NCBI RefSeq assembly: GCF_964204865.1
Contig: NC_135260.1
Coordinates: 8,308,001-8,372,000 of the forward strand
Reading direction: 5' to 3'
Source of the DNA: Styela clava
Taxonomy: Eukaryota
Length of the DNA: 64,000 bases
Part shown: in pieces, positions 22,475-36,132 of the stretch
Layout: every line of letters begins with the position of its first letter
Position numbering within the stretch: position 1 is the first letter of the stretch
The notes under the pieces: model-generated
What the model was told of the DNA's origin: nothing
The model's input: only the letters and a program-made list of their open reading frames with translations
The model's database searches: none
Made by a program: the position numbers and the translations under genes

Positions 22475-25400
22475 TTATGTCTCCTGGTGTCTATCTATAC
22501 GAAAATATGCAACCTCGTCCAAGTCGATGACGAAATCCAACAACCATATTCCACTTTCATAGACCTGAACAAAAGATAAGGAAAGAATTGAGGATATAAT
22601 ATATACCTACATCAATTATCAACAAATCAAAAACCGTTTATATTTTTGTATTTTAGTATACCTTGTTTGTCTTCTGGTCAATCCATCTAATATTCGGACC
22701 TCCGGGCAAATAAATGTCTCTCTGCCTCGCATTATACTCTAGAATCGGAGCTACCAATACTTCTTCTCCTATCAAAAATTCATCGTCGATAGACAGTGCT
22801 GTTCCATCAAGAGGGTCAATCCACCATAAAGGACGAATAATTGGCATTCCATTTTCTTTTGTTGATACATCTGCATATCTGGATTAAAGATGAAAAGAAA
22901 TGATTGAGCATACGTAAATTTGAACAGTAATTGACTAAAATATCTAATTTTCAATGAACAGTTAGCTTAATTAATACAACATGCAAGGCAGGCAAACAAT
23001 AACTACTCTGATAGCAATTTAAAATTCGTTACTTCAGTACGATAGGTGTGACGTATTCCCTATGAAGGTCCACAAATTTCTTCGCGATTCTAATGACTTC
23101 CTCATCATACTGCCATGGTGCAACAGAAAACTGCATAGCCGGCATGAACGCTGTGATTTCTAACCACCGGATATATAATTGTCTGTCCGGTATTGGATGT
23201 CCATAATACACATTTCCTCCGATCATATCCGGAAGAATAAAAGGATATCCGTTGATACCCAAAGTGAGGCATGTTGGAATTAGAGTCTTTAATCCATTTT
23301 CATACCTTAAATTAATAAAGCATTATACTGCTTGATGAGCCCATTGCCCTACTTAAGCAGTGTCGAGCATAAGATGGGTTCTTAGTTATATGAGTGAATT
23401 TCCGCCCTACAATTCACTCCGCTTTGAATACGAAAATAGCCAGGTCATTTACGATTAACACTCAATTAGAAAAGGGGTAGTCTGCAGATATCCGTAATAA
23501 TGAGTAATCTCAAACTAAACTAATATTTGCAAACATTGAGGTTTAGGATGAGTTTCTAGTAATTACATTGAATATTGAAATTAAAAATTTAATGTCACAT
23601 AGTAAGTAGTTTGTGGGATCGTTTTTTTTTATTCATACATAAAATTTGAAATCACCATTTGAAAATTCACTTCACGTCAAGTCAAAAAATATCACACAAA
23701 CCAACAATAGTTTTCAACATATGTCAGAAAACTCATCAGCTTACCCCCACTCTGAGTCCTTGTCCATCATTCGAACAAATATCGGAAGATGCTGCGTTTT
23801 GTAACCAGATCGAACTTCCACCATTCCACCTAACTGGGATATAGTTTGGACATAATGTGTGCTATAGAATACGGGACTGTCCATGTCAATCTAAAGACAA
23901 AAGAATATAAAAATTACACTACCTAATAAAATACCAGAATTTATAATATCAAGAATTGAATTTGCTAAGGATAGAAATAACGTTTAATATTAATAGTATC
24001 ATATAGTTATAAGACTTCAATTATGTCTTTCAAATTATTCACTGTAAATATATTCAGTAACCATTAAACCAAGGCACACTATTTTACACAACTTGAAAAT
24101 CCATTGTGGATAGTTGGCTGACTTTTTTGTCATCTATTATTCAAAATGTGAATAACAAAAATTTTAAGAATAGGGCAATTGGTCTCAATAAATTGAACGC
24201 CATGGTTAGGGCTGGGAATTAAAAAAAAAAACACTTAACCGGTTAACCGCAGCGTGCTGTTTGACGTAATAAGTTGGTGACCGTACATTTGAACCCATGC
24301 GTATATCCACGGGTTCAATCTATATGCGGGTGCTAAAACCCATGGGTTAGGGTTAGTATGGGTTTAACTATCCGTGAAACAAAAAAAATTCCATAGGTGC
24401 AATAGCATACGGGTGCAATTGTCATGGGTTCAAATGTACGTGGGTTCGAATGTAATGGAACCTAATAAGTTATAATATCTGCGTGTTACGTCACCATGGT
24501 TCCAAAGCAATTTCGCGTGATCTCATCCTGGTATCGCCCGAAAATATTCACGGATCGAGATATTTTCAAGATCGCTCTACTTTTAAGAGAAATGCAGCGT
24601 ACTTTAGACCAGGGATGTCCAACCCGCGGCCCACAGGAAGAATTCGTGCGGCACAGTTGAAGTGTTTATATAAATACGAACATATAAACATATTTAACAT
24701 AAAAATTTCCTGGTATGATACCAAATTCTAATAGAATTTAGGCTATAATTTCACGCGACTCCGTCATAAGAAAAGCGTTGTTGAGCGCCACAGAACATGA
24801 TTTTACAGCGGGCTAAAGCGTGCAACATCTGTGTCGATAAAATGAGTTTTCTACCCATTGTGAAGTCACATATCGGTACTGTGTTCTATCGATGTTGTAT
24901 CACAAAAACAAATCTACCATTATGTTTGGAACAAAATAGATGAAGCTTGAGGATGAAAATCGAAAATATCAAAAGGATTGGGAAGAGTTGTAAGCAACGA
25001 TGTATGCCTAATATGCCATAAATCTGTTTCGAGCTTGAAGTCGTATAATTTGAAAATTATGAAGTCGAAGCATAGGAGTAACCTGAAGAACAAATATTTG
25101 ACAAGCCAGTTAGTTACATTGTGCGGTATAAAAACTACCCGTTGATATTAAACAGTTGAGCAATGACAATCAAAAGCAAGTTTGGAGCTAGTTGAAGAGA
25201 AAAATTGCTGGCTTTATTTTTTTTTCTTTTCACACCAATGTATGTGCATTTTGCATAAAATTTGAGTTGAATTTCATGGTCTTTGTGTGCATCTTGTGTT
25301 TAAAAAACCGCAAATATGTTGTGCAATATTGGGCTTGATTTAGCGACGCTTAAATTCTAACGTAAATCGGGATTGGGTTGCTATTTCAGTTTGGTAAAAA

Positions 25401-28400
25401 CGTTTGCGGCCCGCAATGAATTTTCCCATGTGAAAGTGGCCCGCGGCACTAAAAAGGTTGGACATGCCTGCTTTAGACATATATTTTAGTAAAACCCGAT
25501 TCCGTTATTTATGCCATTGTTTGATGACATTTCAATGTTTGTTGTGCAACTTTGAGATATCATAAAGATAGGAGTGTACCACCAGAGGAGTGTTTCCAAC
25601 ACGACCGGAAATACTATTAATTCAAAGCGTATTATATGTACTATGATATTATCAATTTGTAAATGCAGATCACTTTACACCATATTCATTGGGAGTAGTC
25701 TATTTATTCAGATCTATGTTTGTGATTACGTGTCGTTTATGAAAACAGAATTTGACGTACTGGATGGTAAACTGATTGTACAAAGATATGCGATTTTGAA
25801 AAGTCGCCATTCGAAACATAAATCCAACCTTTGTTTTTGAAGGCATTGGGAAATATTCAACTTCACCGGCATCAAATTTGAATGAATCAACTAGATAGCA
25901 ATCTTGCATCTGAAATATGAATCACCGAACATTAGGTAACTTTATGTATTTCAAGTATGAATTGAATCGATTATTTGCAGATACATTTTTCATTCAAGCA
26001 CGCAATAACCCTATATAGAAGATAAAATTTTCCAACACTTTACCCAATTTCTTTATTTTTTGGTTCAAGCTCGTAATTTTAAAACTCAGTGAAATTGGAA
26101 TATATTTTATATTGAACTTGCCGACTCTTAATGACTTGCCGGGTAAGACGTTAAAATTCTTATTAACTTGAACAAGCTATAGTTGCCATACTTTTCTATG
26201 CAGGTCAAGATACCATTCAGATGCAATCGAACTGGTAAAATCAACCAGAGCTCCGTAGCCGTCCCACCATTTTATTAATGCAGGTGTATCAGCATATTGG
26301 GTTTGAACAAACATTGATCTTAGTGTTGATGCCTTTAATATTTCTTCGTCACTTTCAAGCCAACAGAAGTTCATACTGCTTTGAAAAAGCTGAAATCAGA
26401 TCAGACATAGACACAGTAAACCTAATTGAAGTTCTGTGTTTATGGTTATAAAATTCTGGCTGTATTTTATTATGCTGATTTTACAAATTAAAATTGGACT
26501 AATGCAACATTGCTATATGTATCTCGCTATGAGACAAGTGCGTACAAATAACTCTATAACCAGATATAGTTGCCTCTTTTACATTTAGTATACTTGATAG
26601 CAGGGGCGAATATTTCGTAAAAAACTGGAACTCAGCATTGCAAACTGTGTAATGTGCAATTCGTAAGATATTCATTCAATTTTTTTCCATTCCTCGATAA
26701 GCATACGCATTTGATGAAATTGCCAAACAGATTTGATAGCGCCTCACTGTATATTGCTAAACCATATTACAGCGATTCGAAGTACCAAAAATCGTCAATT
26801 CGTTTACCTTAGAATTTACATTGACAAATGGAGTTGTCCACAACGTTACACGGAAGCCTTTATCGTGTAAAGATTGAATCATTCCTTTTGGGTCAGAAAA
26901 TGTGACAGGGTCAAAAGTCAAATCGCCATAAGCTGTTGACCATTTGTCGTCAATTTCCAGTTGGGAATTTAAAAATCCATTCTTCAAAATTTCGTCAGCA
27001 AATTGTAGTGTAGCGCTTTGGTTTATGTTTTGCTAGCAAAATAAAATATAGAATCGGTACATTTTTCGGTACTCCGGTAGTGTGTGTACCAGGTTAGAGT
27101 TAGGCCCTAATTTTATTCCGATTTTAGTTCTATTACAAGTTCTGGGACTGCCTGTGTTAGCCAAGTGAATATACCCCCTGCCCATAGGTTTCAGTTCCTT
27201 TACATAACTTGGTGTAAAGTGGGCGAACAAAATTAGTTACCTCCAATGGTACACACGCCCAATTTTCAACAAAGAAATACGATTTCTCCTAATTTATTCA
27301 TTAGCGTTCTTCTGGACTTTTTGCCCCTTTTCAAAGAAGGTTTTTTTTATCTCTCTGATTAGTTCTCATTCATACATTGTAAAAATTCTCGTTTGTGAAC
27401 TATGCTAAAAGGGAGCCGCGGTTCTGAAGTACTCCTTCCGTCTATCGTTTCCCTGTCAGTTCTTCTCAACTTGTGCTATAGCCTATATTTCAACACTCGT
27501 TTTACGCCCAAGACCTCGCTTTGAGCTGAAACATATTCGAGCATATTCGCCATAATTTCGGATGCAGGTATGCCACTAACGTCGAAGGGGTCATTTGGAA
27601 CTCATTTTAAAAATAACATAACTTTGGTGCAAAGATCATAGATTACTTGAATTTTTGGGTACAATCTTACAAAAACGGAAGTTCAAGTGTGAACAAAATT
27701 AAATAAATGTTCTTTATTTTCATAGAAATATTCAAGAAATTTTCTTCCCTCGTTTCCACAATTAATTAATTAGTCAATTAGCAAGAAGTTTTGCCTCAGG
27801 TCGGTATCTCACCTTGTATTTCGCCCAGGTAGACCACACTGGATCACGAAACATTCTTTTGTCTGGAATTCCATCCGGCTTTGAAAAGAAGGTTTTCATC
27901 GCATGCAGATGAACTTCCTAAACGTTGTGTTATATGAAAACATAAATAAGTCTTCAACAAGGTAAATTTTTGTTTAAAATTGATGCTGTACATAGTAAAC
28001 ATCCCGTGAGAATCGTTCAACGCCTCGACAAAATGTTTGTTATTTACTACTTTAACCAACTACAATTGCTAATATATAAAATCAACTAACCTTTAGATTA
28101 CTCGCTGTACAAATGTTGTATTTCAATATTGTCTTTTTATTATCCTTTCTCGGATATTCAGGATCAAAATACTTCGCCATCAAACAAAGTCTATCGTCAA
28201 AATTGTCGTTGATACCGATCCACAACGGTGTCAGATCATCAACTATGATGGCAATTCCTAAAGAACTGTGATCAAAATATAAAATAAAATTCTGTAATTT
28301 TCTGTAAGGTTCAATTTCAAAACTTTCTTTAGGTATTTCAAAAATAATGTCTGTGTGGTTCTAAAGTTATGTGTTGAATAGGGAGATTAATATTGTACTG

Positions 28401-30125
28401 TACTGTATTCATATTTTAAAGCGGAAGCCAGAATCATCCATCTACTTATTCAGCCATTTGCATACTTACTTTAAAAAGTATCTTTCCACAAATGATCCAT
28501 AGACCTCTTCTTCTTTGTGCGCTATCACGTCTTTCGATGTATACATTTGCATAGGAATTGAAAGATTGTTGCTGAATGGCCAATGTGGTCGAAAAACCTC
28601 AGGTCCTCCGAACCACTGTCCTGTGGTCATCGGAAAACAATCTTTTGGAGACCCGGATTGCTTATCATTATAATTTGAAGTCCATGTCATTTCATAACAA
28701 TTTGTTTCTTTATCTGTCCAAGTCGACTGGTTAATGCAAAGGGTTGATCCAACATCCCACGATATGCAATAGTGCGATTCAAAATCTTCATTTCGTATGA
28801 TTTCTGTAGAAAGTTGTTTGTTTTATAATTCTAAAATATCTTTCAATTCAACTTATAATGCAATAACATAGGGGTCAAAACTCAAAAGAGACGCACATCA
28901 AAGACGCGCCAGTTAGGTAATTCAAGCAGATAATAAAATATACGTTATTTACTATTTTTCCATCGAGTACATGACAAATTTACATGAATGTAACCTGAAT
29001 TTAAATCAATAAGATGCAATCCCAGATCAGCTCTCAAGCCGCCAACATCCGTTTGTATATAGAACGTTCTTTCGTTTGTGTCGAACTCCACATTCTTGAA
29101 ACTTTTCACTTGTTTCTTGTCAATCTATATACATGTACAAATCTTAAAATCTCAATGATAGAGTCATTTAGCTTGTACTACTCTTACAACACGGTCAAGA
29201 CAAGACAACATAGATAATAAAATGCATACGATAGTATAGTTTTTTACTGAAAGCAAATACACTAGTTTGATTTCAATATTGTTATGTACTTTTGTATGCC
29301 ATTCCTTTTCAAAGTAGGCTATTACCAGTGGTGGGATTCAGGCGGTTCGCACCGGTTCTATAGAACCGTCTCACGGAATTTTGTGAGATCAGCGAACCGG
29401 TTAGCATTACTGGTTACTGTCAATGACTTTTGGGCAACAAAACCGGCTGAAACATATGACTTTTGTGATGGAACCGGCTAACAACTATTACCTACTAGCT
29501 CTCTTACGACTTATACGTCCACGCCCACAGACATTCGTTCTTTTAAACGCCCCTGCATTTTCAGCAACTGCTTGCAGATTGCACTCGTGGATATCTGTAC
29601 CAATGAACTTTGCATTCATAAATATGTGCACGTGACTTTGCACCCAACAAATGTCTGTCGTCACAAATTTCCATGGCTGCGGGGAATAATATATGTACAA
29701 GGATATAGTTATCGTTTTCAAGGCCACGAGGTGAGTGGAATATACGCAAACACCATCAAAAATTATTCTGCGAGACGCGAGAATATGTTAAAACCTATAC
29801 TCTATCTAATTTTCCTATACGCTCATGTGTCGCTGCATGCAGATCAGCTTTATATCATATATACTTTTAAATAGCAGGCTCCTCGCCAGCATAACAAATA
29901 TATATACTACAAATACATATTACACAGCTTTATACGTACCTTTTGAATATGTAGTCATTAACATTCAAAACGTTACTCGACACGTTTCAGCACAAACTAA
30001 AGCCAGAAAAAATTTCAAAATCAAATTTGTCTTACCTGCACTTCGTAGTAATCGAGATACACTGCAATGAATATGGTCACAAATTCGTAGATCAAAACGT
30101 TTTTCAGAGACAGAACGCTGTTCAT
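22475..30125 (-). CDS. MYORG: MYORG-like GH31 glycosidase (~687 aa, 12 exons)
   Basis: Exons 30125-30036, 29124-28995, 28803-28470, 28265-28091, 27917-27813, 27032-26808, 26389-26192, 25909-25829, 23890-23745, 23305-23033, 22878-22662, 22564-22475 sum to 2064 nt in frame. Motifs PVWSTWAKYK, LEIDDKW, nucleophile FKFDAGE, acid/base VRMMDKDS, ILPDMIGGN, PIIRPLWW, VLVAP. First exon (hydrophobic anchor) is less certain. Confidence 0.92.
24276..24462. mobile_element. Mutator-like MITE with internal telomere-like hexamers
   Basis: 9-bp TSD TAATAAGTT (24267-24275, 24463-24471); TIR-like GGTGACCGTACATTTGAACCCA / TGGGTTCGAATGTAATGGAACC; internal GGGTTAGGGTTAG. Confidence 0.75.
24610..25470. mobile_element. 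hAT Buster/Charlie-type MITE
   Basis: CAGGGATGTCCAACC...GGTTGGACATGCCTG; perfect TSD CTTTAGAC (24602-24609, 25471-25478). Confidence 0.88.
27066..27260. repeat. Short interspersed MITE-like repeat
   Basis: Matches 35460-35525 joined to 36133-36249 (GTACTCC..GTGTGTACCAGGTTAG..GAATATACCCCCTGCCCATAGGTTTCAG). Confidence 0.75.
29326..29483. mobile_element. hAT MITE with right terminus deleted
   Basis: Near-identical to 42909-43088 up to GAACCGGCTAACAA; flanked by GCTATTAC/ACTATTAC. Confidence 0.75.
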
Positions 30126-31351
30126 TTTCAAGATTCAATGTCTTTGTGTTTACCAAACTATTCACCCATATCGCTGCTACGTTACAATATATACAACTAA
30201 TATTTGCTATTACCATTGTACGGGTTTTGCGAGAAGGTCACTCACTATTCGAGTTAACCAATTTGACTTGAACTCTGAAACGCAAATAAATAGACCGTGA
30301 GAACACATTGAGTTGTAATCAATGCAGAGGTTGCTTTCGTTCGCTGTATTTGTTGGTTTCCTCGCGAAGAAAAAGTGACAGCAACACCAATCAGTCACGC
30401 TGCTCATAACAACAAATTGCGGGTCTAGTGTACTTCTAGTGGGCGTAGCAAAACAATTTTTGCATATGTCAATCCTAACCCCACACCTGACTGCGTCATC
30501 CAAATATCACGTCACTACGACACCACAGTGACGTAATAAAGCCCTTTAAAGTATACAAACTGTCATCCACGACGCGTAGGCGATCCTCCGAAATCTAGCA
30601 AGCTATTTCTCTGATCCCGATATGAAAGAGATCGCTGCCATTAGTGGGCTCTTTATCGTCGGCGTGATTGCCATTTCGGGCGATAGGTTTCATTCGATTT
30701 CGTGGTTATCGTCTAACATGCTGTTGGCAAATTTCCTTCACCAATTGAACACAAGGTGATCAATGGCTCGTATGCAAAGTTGTTGTTGCAAATCATTTTT
30801 TTGTTTTTATCATTATTGTTGAGGTGGCTGATGAAAATTGTTGTAGGGACAAAAATGAAAATTTACTTTCTTCAACATATATAGGCTACATAAAATTAAT
30901 CAATTAAGAAAATTAGAGGAAATTAAAATGCTACAAATTAGGATTCATGTTTGCCATAAATGCACCTGTAACCAACGACAAATCCCGGATGAGTGGAAAA
31001 CAAGATTTCTCAAGTCAAATGTATGTTTTCAAGTTGTTAATAATTTAATACGTATACAAAGTGTGTTAGTACAACGTATTGTTATCTTTCGAGGTGCATC
31101 CCATATCATATCAAATGCCAGAAAAATGATTATGTCAGATTACAAGTAAATGTAGAAACAATCTTGGAATTTATTTATTAATTTATGAAGGCAATATACA
31201 AGTTTGGGACTTCATGAGCGATGTTTTTTGATTGGTTAATTTAAAGTTCAAAGTAAATTACCACGTTTCTGTATGCATGGTGTATCAATAATTTGCTCTA
31301 TATTTCGTTTTTGACATAGTATGAAGCTACAAATCAGCAATATATATTTGT

Positions 31352-33373
31352 TCAGAATTCTGAATAATTTTTGAGCAAAGTAAAAGTAGAAATAATCGAG
31401 GTCAATGAAGCTTGTGCTTTCTGTTTCTCGTCCTTATTTTTCGACTTCGTAGAATCAACGTAATCTCTGACTTCCTGCATCTCTAATTTCATAAACTCGC
31501 ATTGCTTTGTTGAAAAAGTTTTTCCTTTTTTTCTGTATGGTACAGCAGGTGCATTTTGAACTTCATCGTAGATACGAACACTTAAAAATGTTTGAATATA
31601 ATGTAAACAACTCACATCGTAAAAAATATAAATTTCGTGCAATAACTGCCAAAACGCAGACCATGAATGGATATTGTCGAAGAATGGTGATTTATGGCCG
31701 CGAATCATTATTTTATCAAATCACCCATTTAAAACGTTTTTTGGGAATATTTAATACGTGGACGGACATACAAACAACTACCCAACTCTTCTTCATTTGT
31801 TTCGCTAGCTAACATCAAGCGATAGACAGAATCAACGTTTGGATACGGGTTTGACTTGGACAAGTGCGATGTATTCAGGAAGACGTTTAATCGTGATTTC
31901 ATAAAATTGAATACGTGCATATATGACTTGCCAAACATTGTTGACAAGTAAGAAATAAGAAATAGTACGCAGGTGTGGGTTTTGGACTTTTCCGATTGAA
32001 TTGTGACTCAAAGATGATATTAGAAATCTCAAATTTGAACTGTCAGAATAATATTGCATATTTCAACTGATAAAATTCACTAGTTCAAAAGAGGATCCCA
32101 CTCATGGCTGGTTTACTCTCTATTCCCTATCGAGTTTAAAAGGCACATGTATGAACGTGGTATGAATAAACCCGGAAACTGTTCTTTTGTTGTAAACTAA
32201 TTGAAAAAATTTTTTCACACAAACTTGAATGAAACTCCAAAGCCTTAATCAGATCGCTCATGCTTCGCTGCATAACTGAGTATTCCTATCAATATTCCTC
32301 CCATGCCTAGTCTTATTCTATTATATCAATCAAGAGAATTGTCTAATCGCAAGGTTCTAATAATACGTACAGTATGCAATCACAAAAATGAAATGTGTTC
32401 ACACAAGTCAATATAGAGTGCGTTTTTGATTTCAAGAGCTAAATTTCGAAGTAAGCTATTTCCCTTCACTTTCATGTCTTTGAGAGGCTGGCCCAGGACT
32501 ATCCGTTCATTTCATATATCTTTCATTACATGTTCAATTCATTTCTTGTTTAGTATAAAACGTGTTTATGTTCATGAACACCGTTATTGCCCTCTGTGAG
32601 AAAGGGCAAAGTTGCTTGCGAATGTGCCTATTTGTTGACAATAAAGTGCAAAAGCACCAATGCATTGCACAATAAAAATTCCAGATATCATTAATTGTAC
32701 TTACTCATTATCATTGGTATCACTTTGATGAGGAAGTGATGATGTTGGTGACTGTGGTTTAGGAGGAAGAGATGGAGCATTGATTTGCACCACTGCTGAC
32801 TCAACTTCTGTTATTCTAGTGTTGATAGCATTTATAGATGAGATCATCTGTGACGAATACAATAAAAAGTATTTATCAGTGATGAATTGCTTCATCATCA
32901 TTACTATAAACACTGTTTTTTGTATTCTTCTGCATCAACGTTGTTAAATTTCTTAATATAAATGGTCTTTGGTTGATAGGGATTGAGAGACTATATACCT
33001 GACATGAAAAAAATATGGCCCGCGGGACAAATCCGGCCCGTTGGGTAATTCGATCTGACCCGCCTGATATGCCACGACCCAACTAAAAGTTTGATGTTTC
33101 AATTAAAAATAGATCAAGAGATTTGTTGAGATTGCGATTCAATTTAGTTTTGGCTCGAGGCAATGTTTTCCAAATGTCCCCTGGTCCAAAAACCTCGTTC
33201 ACCCCTGCATACCTTTCAACTTCAATCTTTTAGAACTAATTGTGGAATAGTACTTAAAAATATTACCAATTGTGTTTTACCATAACGATGAATCTACTCA
33301 CCCTGTCAAGTTTTTCGTTCATTTCAATAAGAGTCGTTTGCATCAGTCGCACTGATTCTTGTTGTTGTGACAT
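31352..33373 (-). CDS. Orphan 147-aa protein with N-terminal coiled coil, PxxP motifs and YDEV motif (3 exons)
   Basis: Exons 33373-33302, 32847-32705, 31580-31352 with GT-AG and phases 0,2: MSQQQESVRLMQTTLIEMNEKLDR|MISSINAINTRITEVESAVVQINAPSLPPKPQSPTSSLPHQSDTNDN|DVRIYDEVQNAPAVPYRKKGKTFSTKQCEFMKLEMQEVRDYVDSTKSKNKDEKQKAQASLTSIISTFTLLKNYSEF*. No family recognised. Confidence 0.62.
33000..33207. mobile_element. Degenerate hAT Charlie-type MITE
   Basis: GGCCCGCGGGACAAATCCGGCCCG subterminal motif and terminus GTTCACCCCTG. Confidence 0.55.
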
Positions 33374-34221
33374 TTTGATTGTTATTATACATTTACCTGT
33401 GATAAAACTGTGATAATGTTTTGCTATCCTAATGTGAAGTTGAATTCGGCTAACAAATAGTTTTTGCCGAAAACCGTACATACTTGATCAGTTCAGGCTA
33501 TTCTATCTCATCAAATTTTATATCTGATATCCCTTCTCTGATTGAATTCAAACTTCCTTTATTAACGCGATTCAAGGATTATACAAACCAACAGATGACC
33601 AGTGAAATTACAATCTATTAAAGCAAAGGTCCCTTTGACACGCACAGAAGTTTTAATTTCGAATGTGAAACTACCTCAAATTCCACTGTGTGTATTCGAG
33701 GTGAAATCCAGTAAAGCTCTTCTCATATTTTATTGCTATGATATGTATATTTACACAAAATATGAACATCTCTCTCTTACCTAACTTTACAGTGTTTACA
33801 TTGTCAAAGCGAAACGATAGACTTGCAATATAAGAATATATTACTAAGAATTTGTTATTTTTTCACATAAATTTTACAGCCCAACATTTAAACATTTTCT
33901 TTCATTTGCACCATTAATATTGAAAACTTCTGTTCATCAATTGATTTGTTTTTCAATAAAACTAACTTTAACTCATTCATTTCAGTTAGGTACATCACAA
34001 TAACAACATACACTGTGAAGACCATCAATTGGTTTTACGCAAGACTAACTAACTACTGTATATCCTTACGCGACTCCATAGAACAAACGCCACAATCAGA
34101 AAACAATATGAACGTGATGTCATCTATGCGTACAGAACTAATAGCATCTAGGTAGACGGATCTCTATACTACGATTTGGAGGGAATGTTCTGTGTGATTC
34201 TGCTTATTACATACTATAGAA

Positions 34222-34446
34222 ATTGTGCGACAGAAAAGGCCATTATACACTAAAAGGTCGGCATTATACACTAAAAAGGTCGGCTCTTTTAACGAGCGAT
34301 TTAGATTTTTGGTAAAATTCTGTTGTGTTGGGTTTTATTGCTTCTTCACACAGAGTAGCCTACGGTTGCAAATATGCACCTTGAGTCCACAAAGATTTTC
34401 GCCGTCGAGAAAATAGTCCGCGACCAAAAAAGGTTGGGAAACGCTG
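34222..34446. mobile_element. hAT MITE with left terminus deleted
   Basis: Right end GGTTGGGAAACGCTG followed by CTATAGAA, also present at 34214-34221; internal 22-bp tandem CATTATACACTAAAAGGTCGG. Confidence 0.55.
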
Positions 34447-35525
34447 CTATAGAAGAATGAAATAACGCACACTTTGTCACATATGTTTACCTAAATCCAC
34501 GATGCAGCTTCCCAGGTCGACTTTAATCAGTTCTAATCTGAAAATTTGGATTCTCTGACGTTAGACGAATCCAATAAACTGATATTTATGACTATTTGGC
34601 AGGTCCGAATATAGTCCGCGCACATAAATTACGCATGTTCAAAAAAAGCAATCCAAATCATTAAAATTGACGTACTCATTAGTCTATTCTTTCGATATTC
34701 TGCATCATCAACATTCAATACGATGACTCATGAAGCATACACATGTATAGTAGACATAATAACATTGCGGACTTCTCGTTTTATATTTATGTTAACCGCC
34801 TTCACACTCGTTGAACATGGTTTGAAATGTTTGTGCTTGCATACACTGTGGTATCTATAGATTACAGGAATGGTTCTAATCTATGTATGTATATGTATAC
34901 TCGTGCTGACCCGAAATTAAAAAGTAGCAAACCATTGACGCAATCTGCTCGCGCGCATACATATGTATGTATATCATTTAGAATTGGTTGGCCATCTCTT
35001 GTGTCATGAAATTCGAGCAGATTCTAATCTTATTCTACTTTTTTACTATACAAATATTAACCTATAGAATGTGCTACTTTCTTATGTATTGATTGATAGG
35101 AGGGTTGTTGGATCACGGACCATCGATATCAATGATCATCCGTCCTTTCTGTCTCATTTGCATATTCGACCCATTTCCTTACGATTCCCCCCCCCCCCGA
35201 AAATGAACCTGCCAAAACAGACCCGGTATCTACAGCATTCGACTGTGCATATAGGCCTGCCAGTCAATAACAAGGGTCTCTACGCTGGATCGATCATTTT
35301 CCCCCTTTTTTGGGTAGCGCCTAGAAGCCCTTCTGTTTAGTGTTGAAGTATCATGAGTCAAACTTGAGTAGCATTATTTAGACTGGACTTGACTCAGGTA
35401 ATTTTCTCCATTTATCTCCTCGCTTCGTAATCGTGACACCTCTGCTCAAATTCGATATTAGGTACTCCCGTAGTGTGTGTACCAGGTTAGGGTTAGGCCA
35501 TAATTTTATTCCTATTTTCTTTATT

Positions 35526-36132
35526 GTTGTTGTTGTTATATGTTTTATGGCGCTTATAACTTCAGTGGTCTTTTGCGCCATTGATCAATTCAAATTTAAA
35601 AATACTATACTAACATATAATACAATATTTACGAATATATAATTGTACAATTGAATCAATTACAATAAGTAATTATTCCTAAACATTTCTGCCCGTAGAC
35701 AAAATAAATTCGATAACAGTTTCAATAATGTCCATGTTACTAAGCACTTCTTCCAAAGTCATTTCCAGTTTAAGTTTTCTGGCTTTGCTAATGACTGGGC
35801 TCCTTTGATGATTATATCGTTGACAATGCAATAGGTAGAGGGCTACGGTCTCGGGTACGAAACACTGTTCACAAAATCCGTCAGAATGACAGCCAATTTT
35901 ATGAAAATGTGCATTCAGGGCGCAATGACCACTTTGCAGTCGGAATAAAAGAACTCGATATTTACGTGACAAAGTTTCGTTTTCTAGTCGTGACATCGTG
36001 GTAGGATGAAATCTTTTATAATGGCTTGCTGATTTACTATTAACATATTCCGTATTCCATTTTTCCCGAGCCAATGTATCAAAATATGATTTTGCTTCTG
36101 AGACGGAAAGTGGCAGAATTGCATCAAGGGAA
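35526..36132 (-). mobile_element. 5'-truncated non-LTR retrotransposon (I/R1-group-like LINE 3' end)
   Basis: ORF 36074-35679 with RLQSGHCALNAHFHKIG..CEQC..ETVALYLLHC C-terminal zinc-knuckle; (CAA)n tail at ~35526-35537; TSD TTTCTTTATT (35516-35525, 36133-36142); splits a MITE. Confidence 0.85.

Noticed and set aside
29488-29727. Possible extra MYORG exon (PWKFVTTDICW...)
   Set aside because: Would end in phase 2, incompatible with the phase-0 junction, and the sequence looks like a MITE remnant (CCCCTGCA...TGCGGGG).
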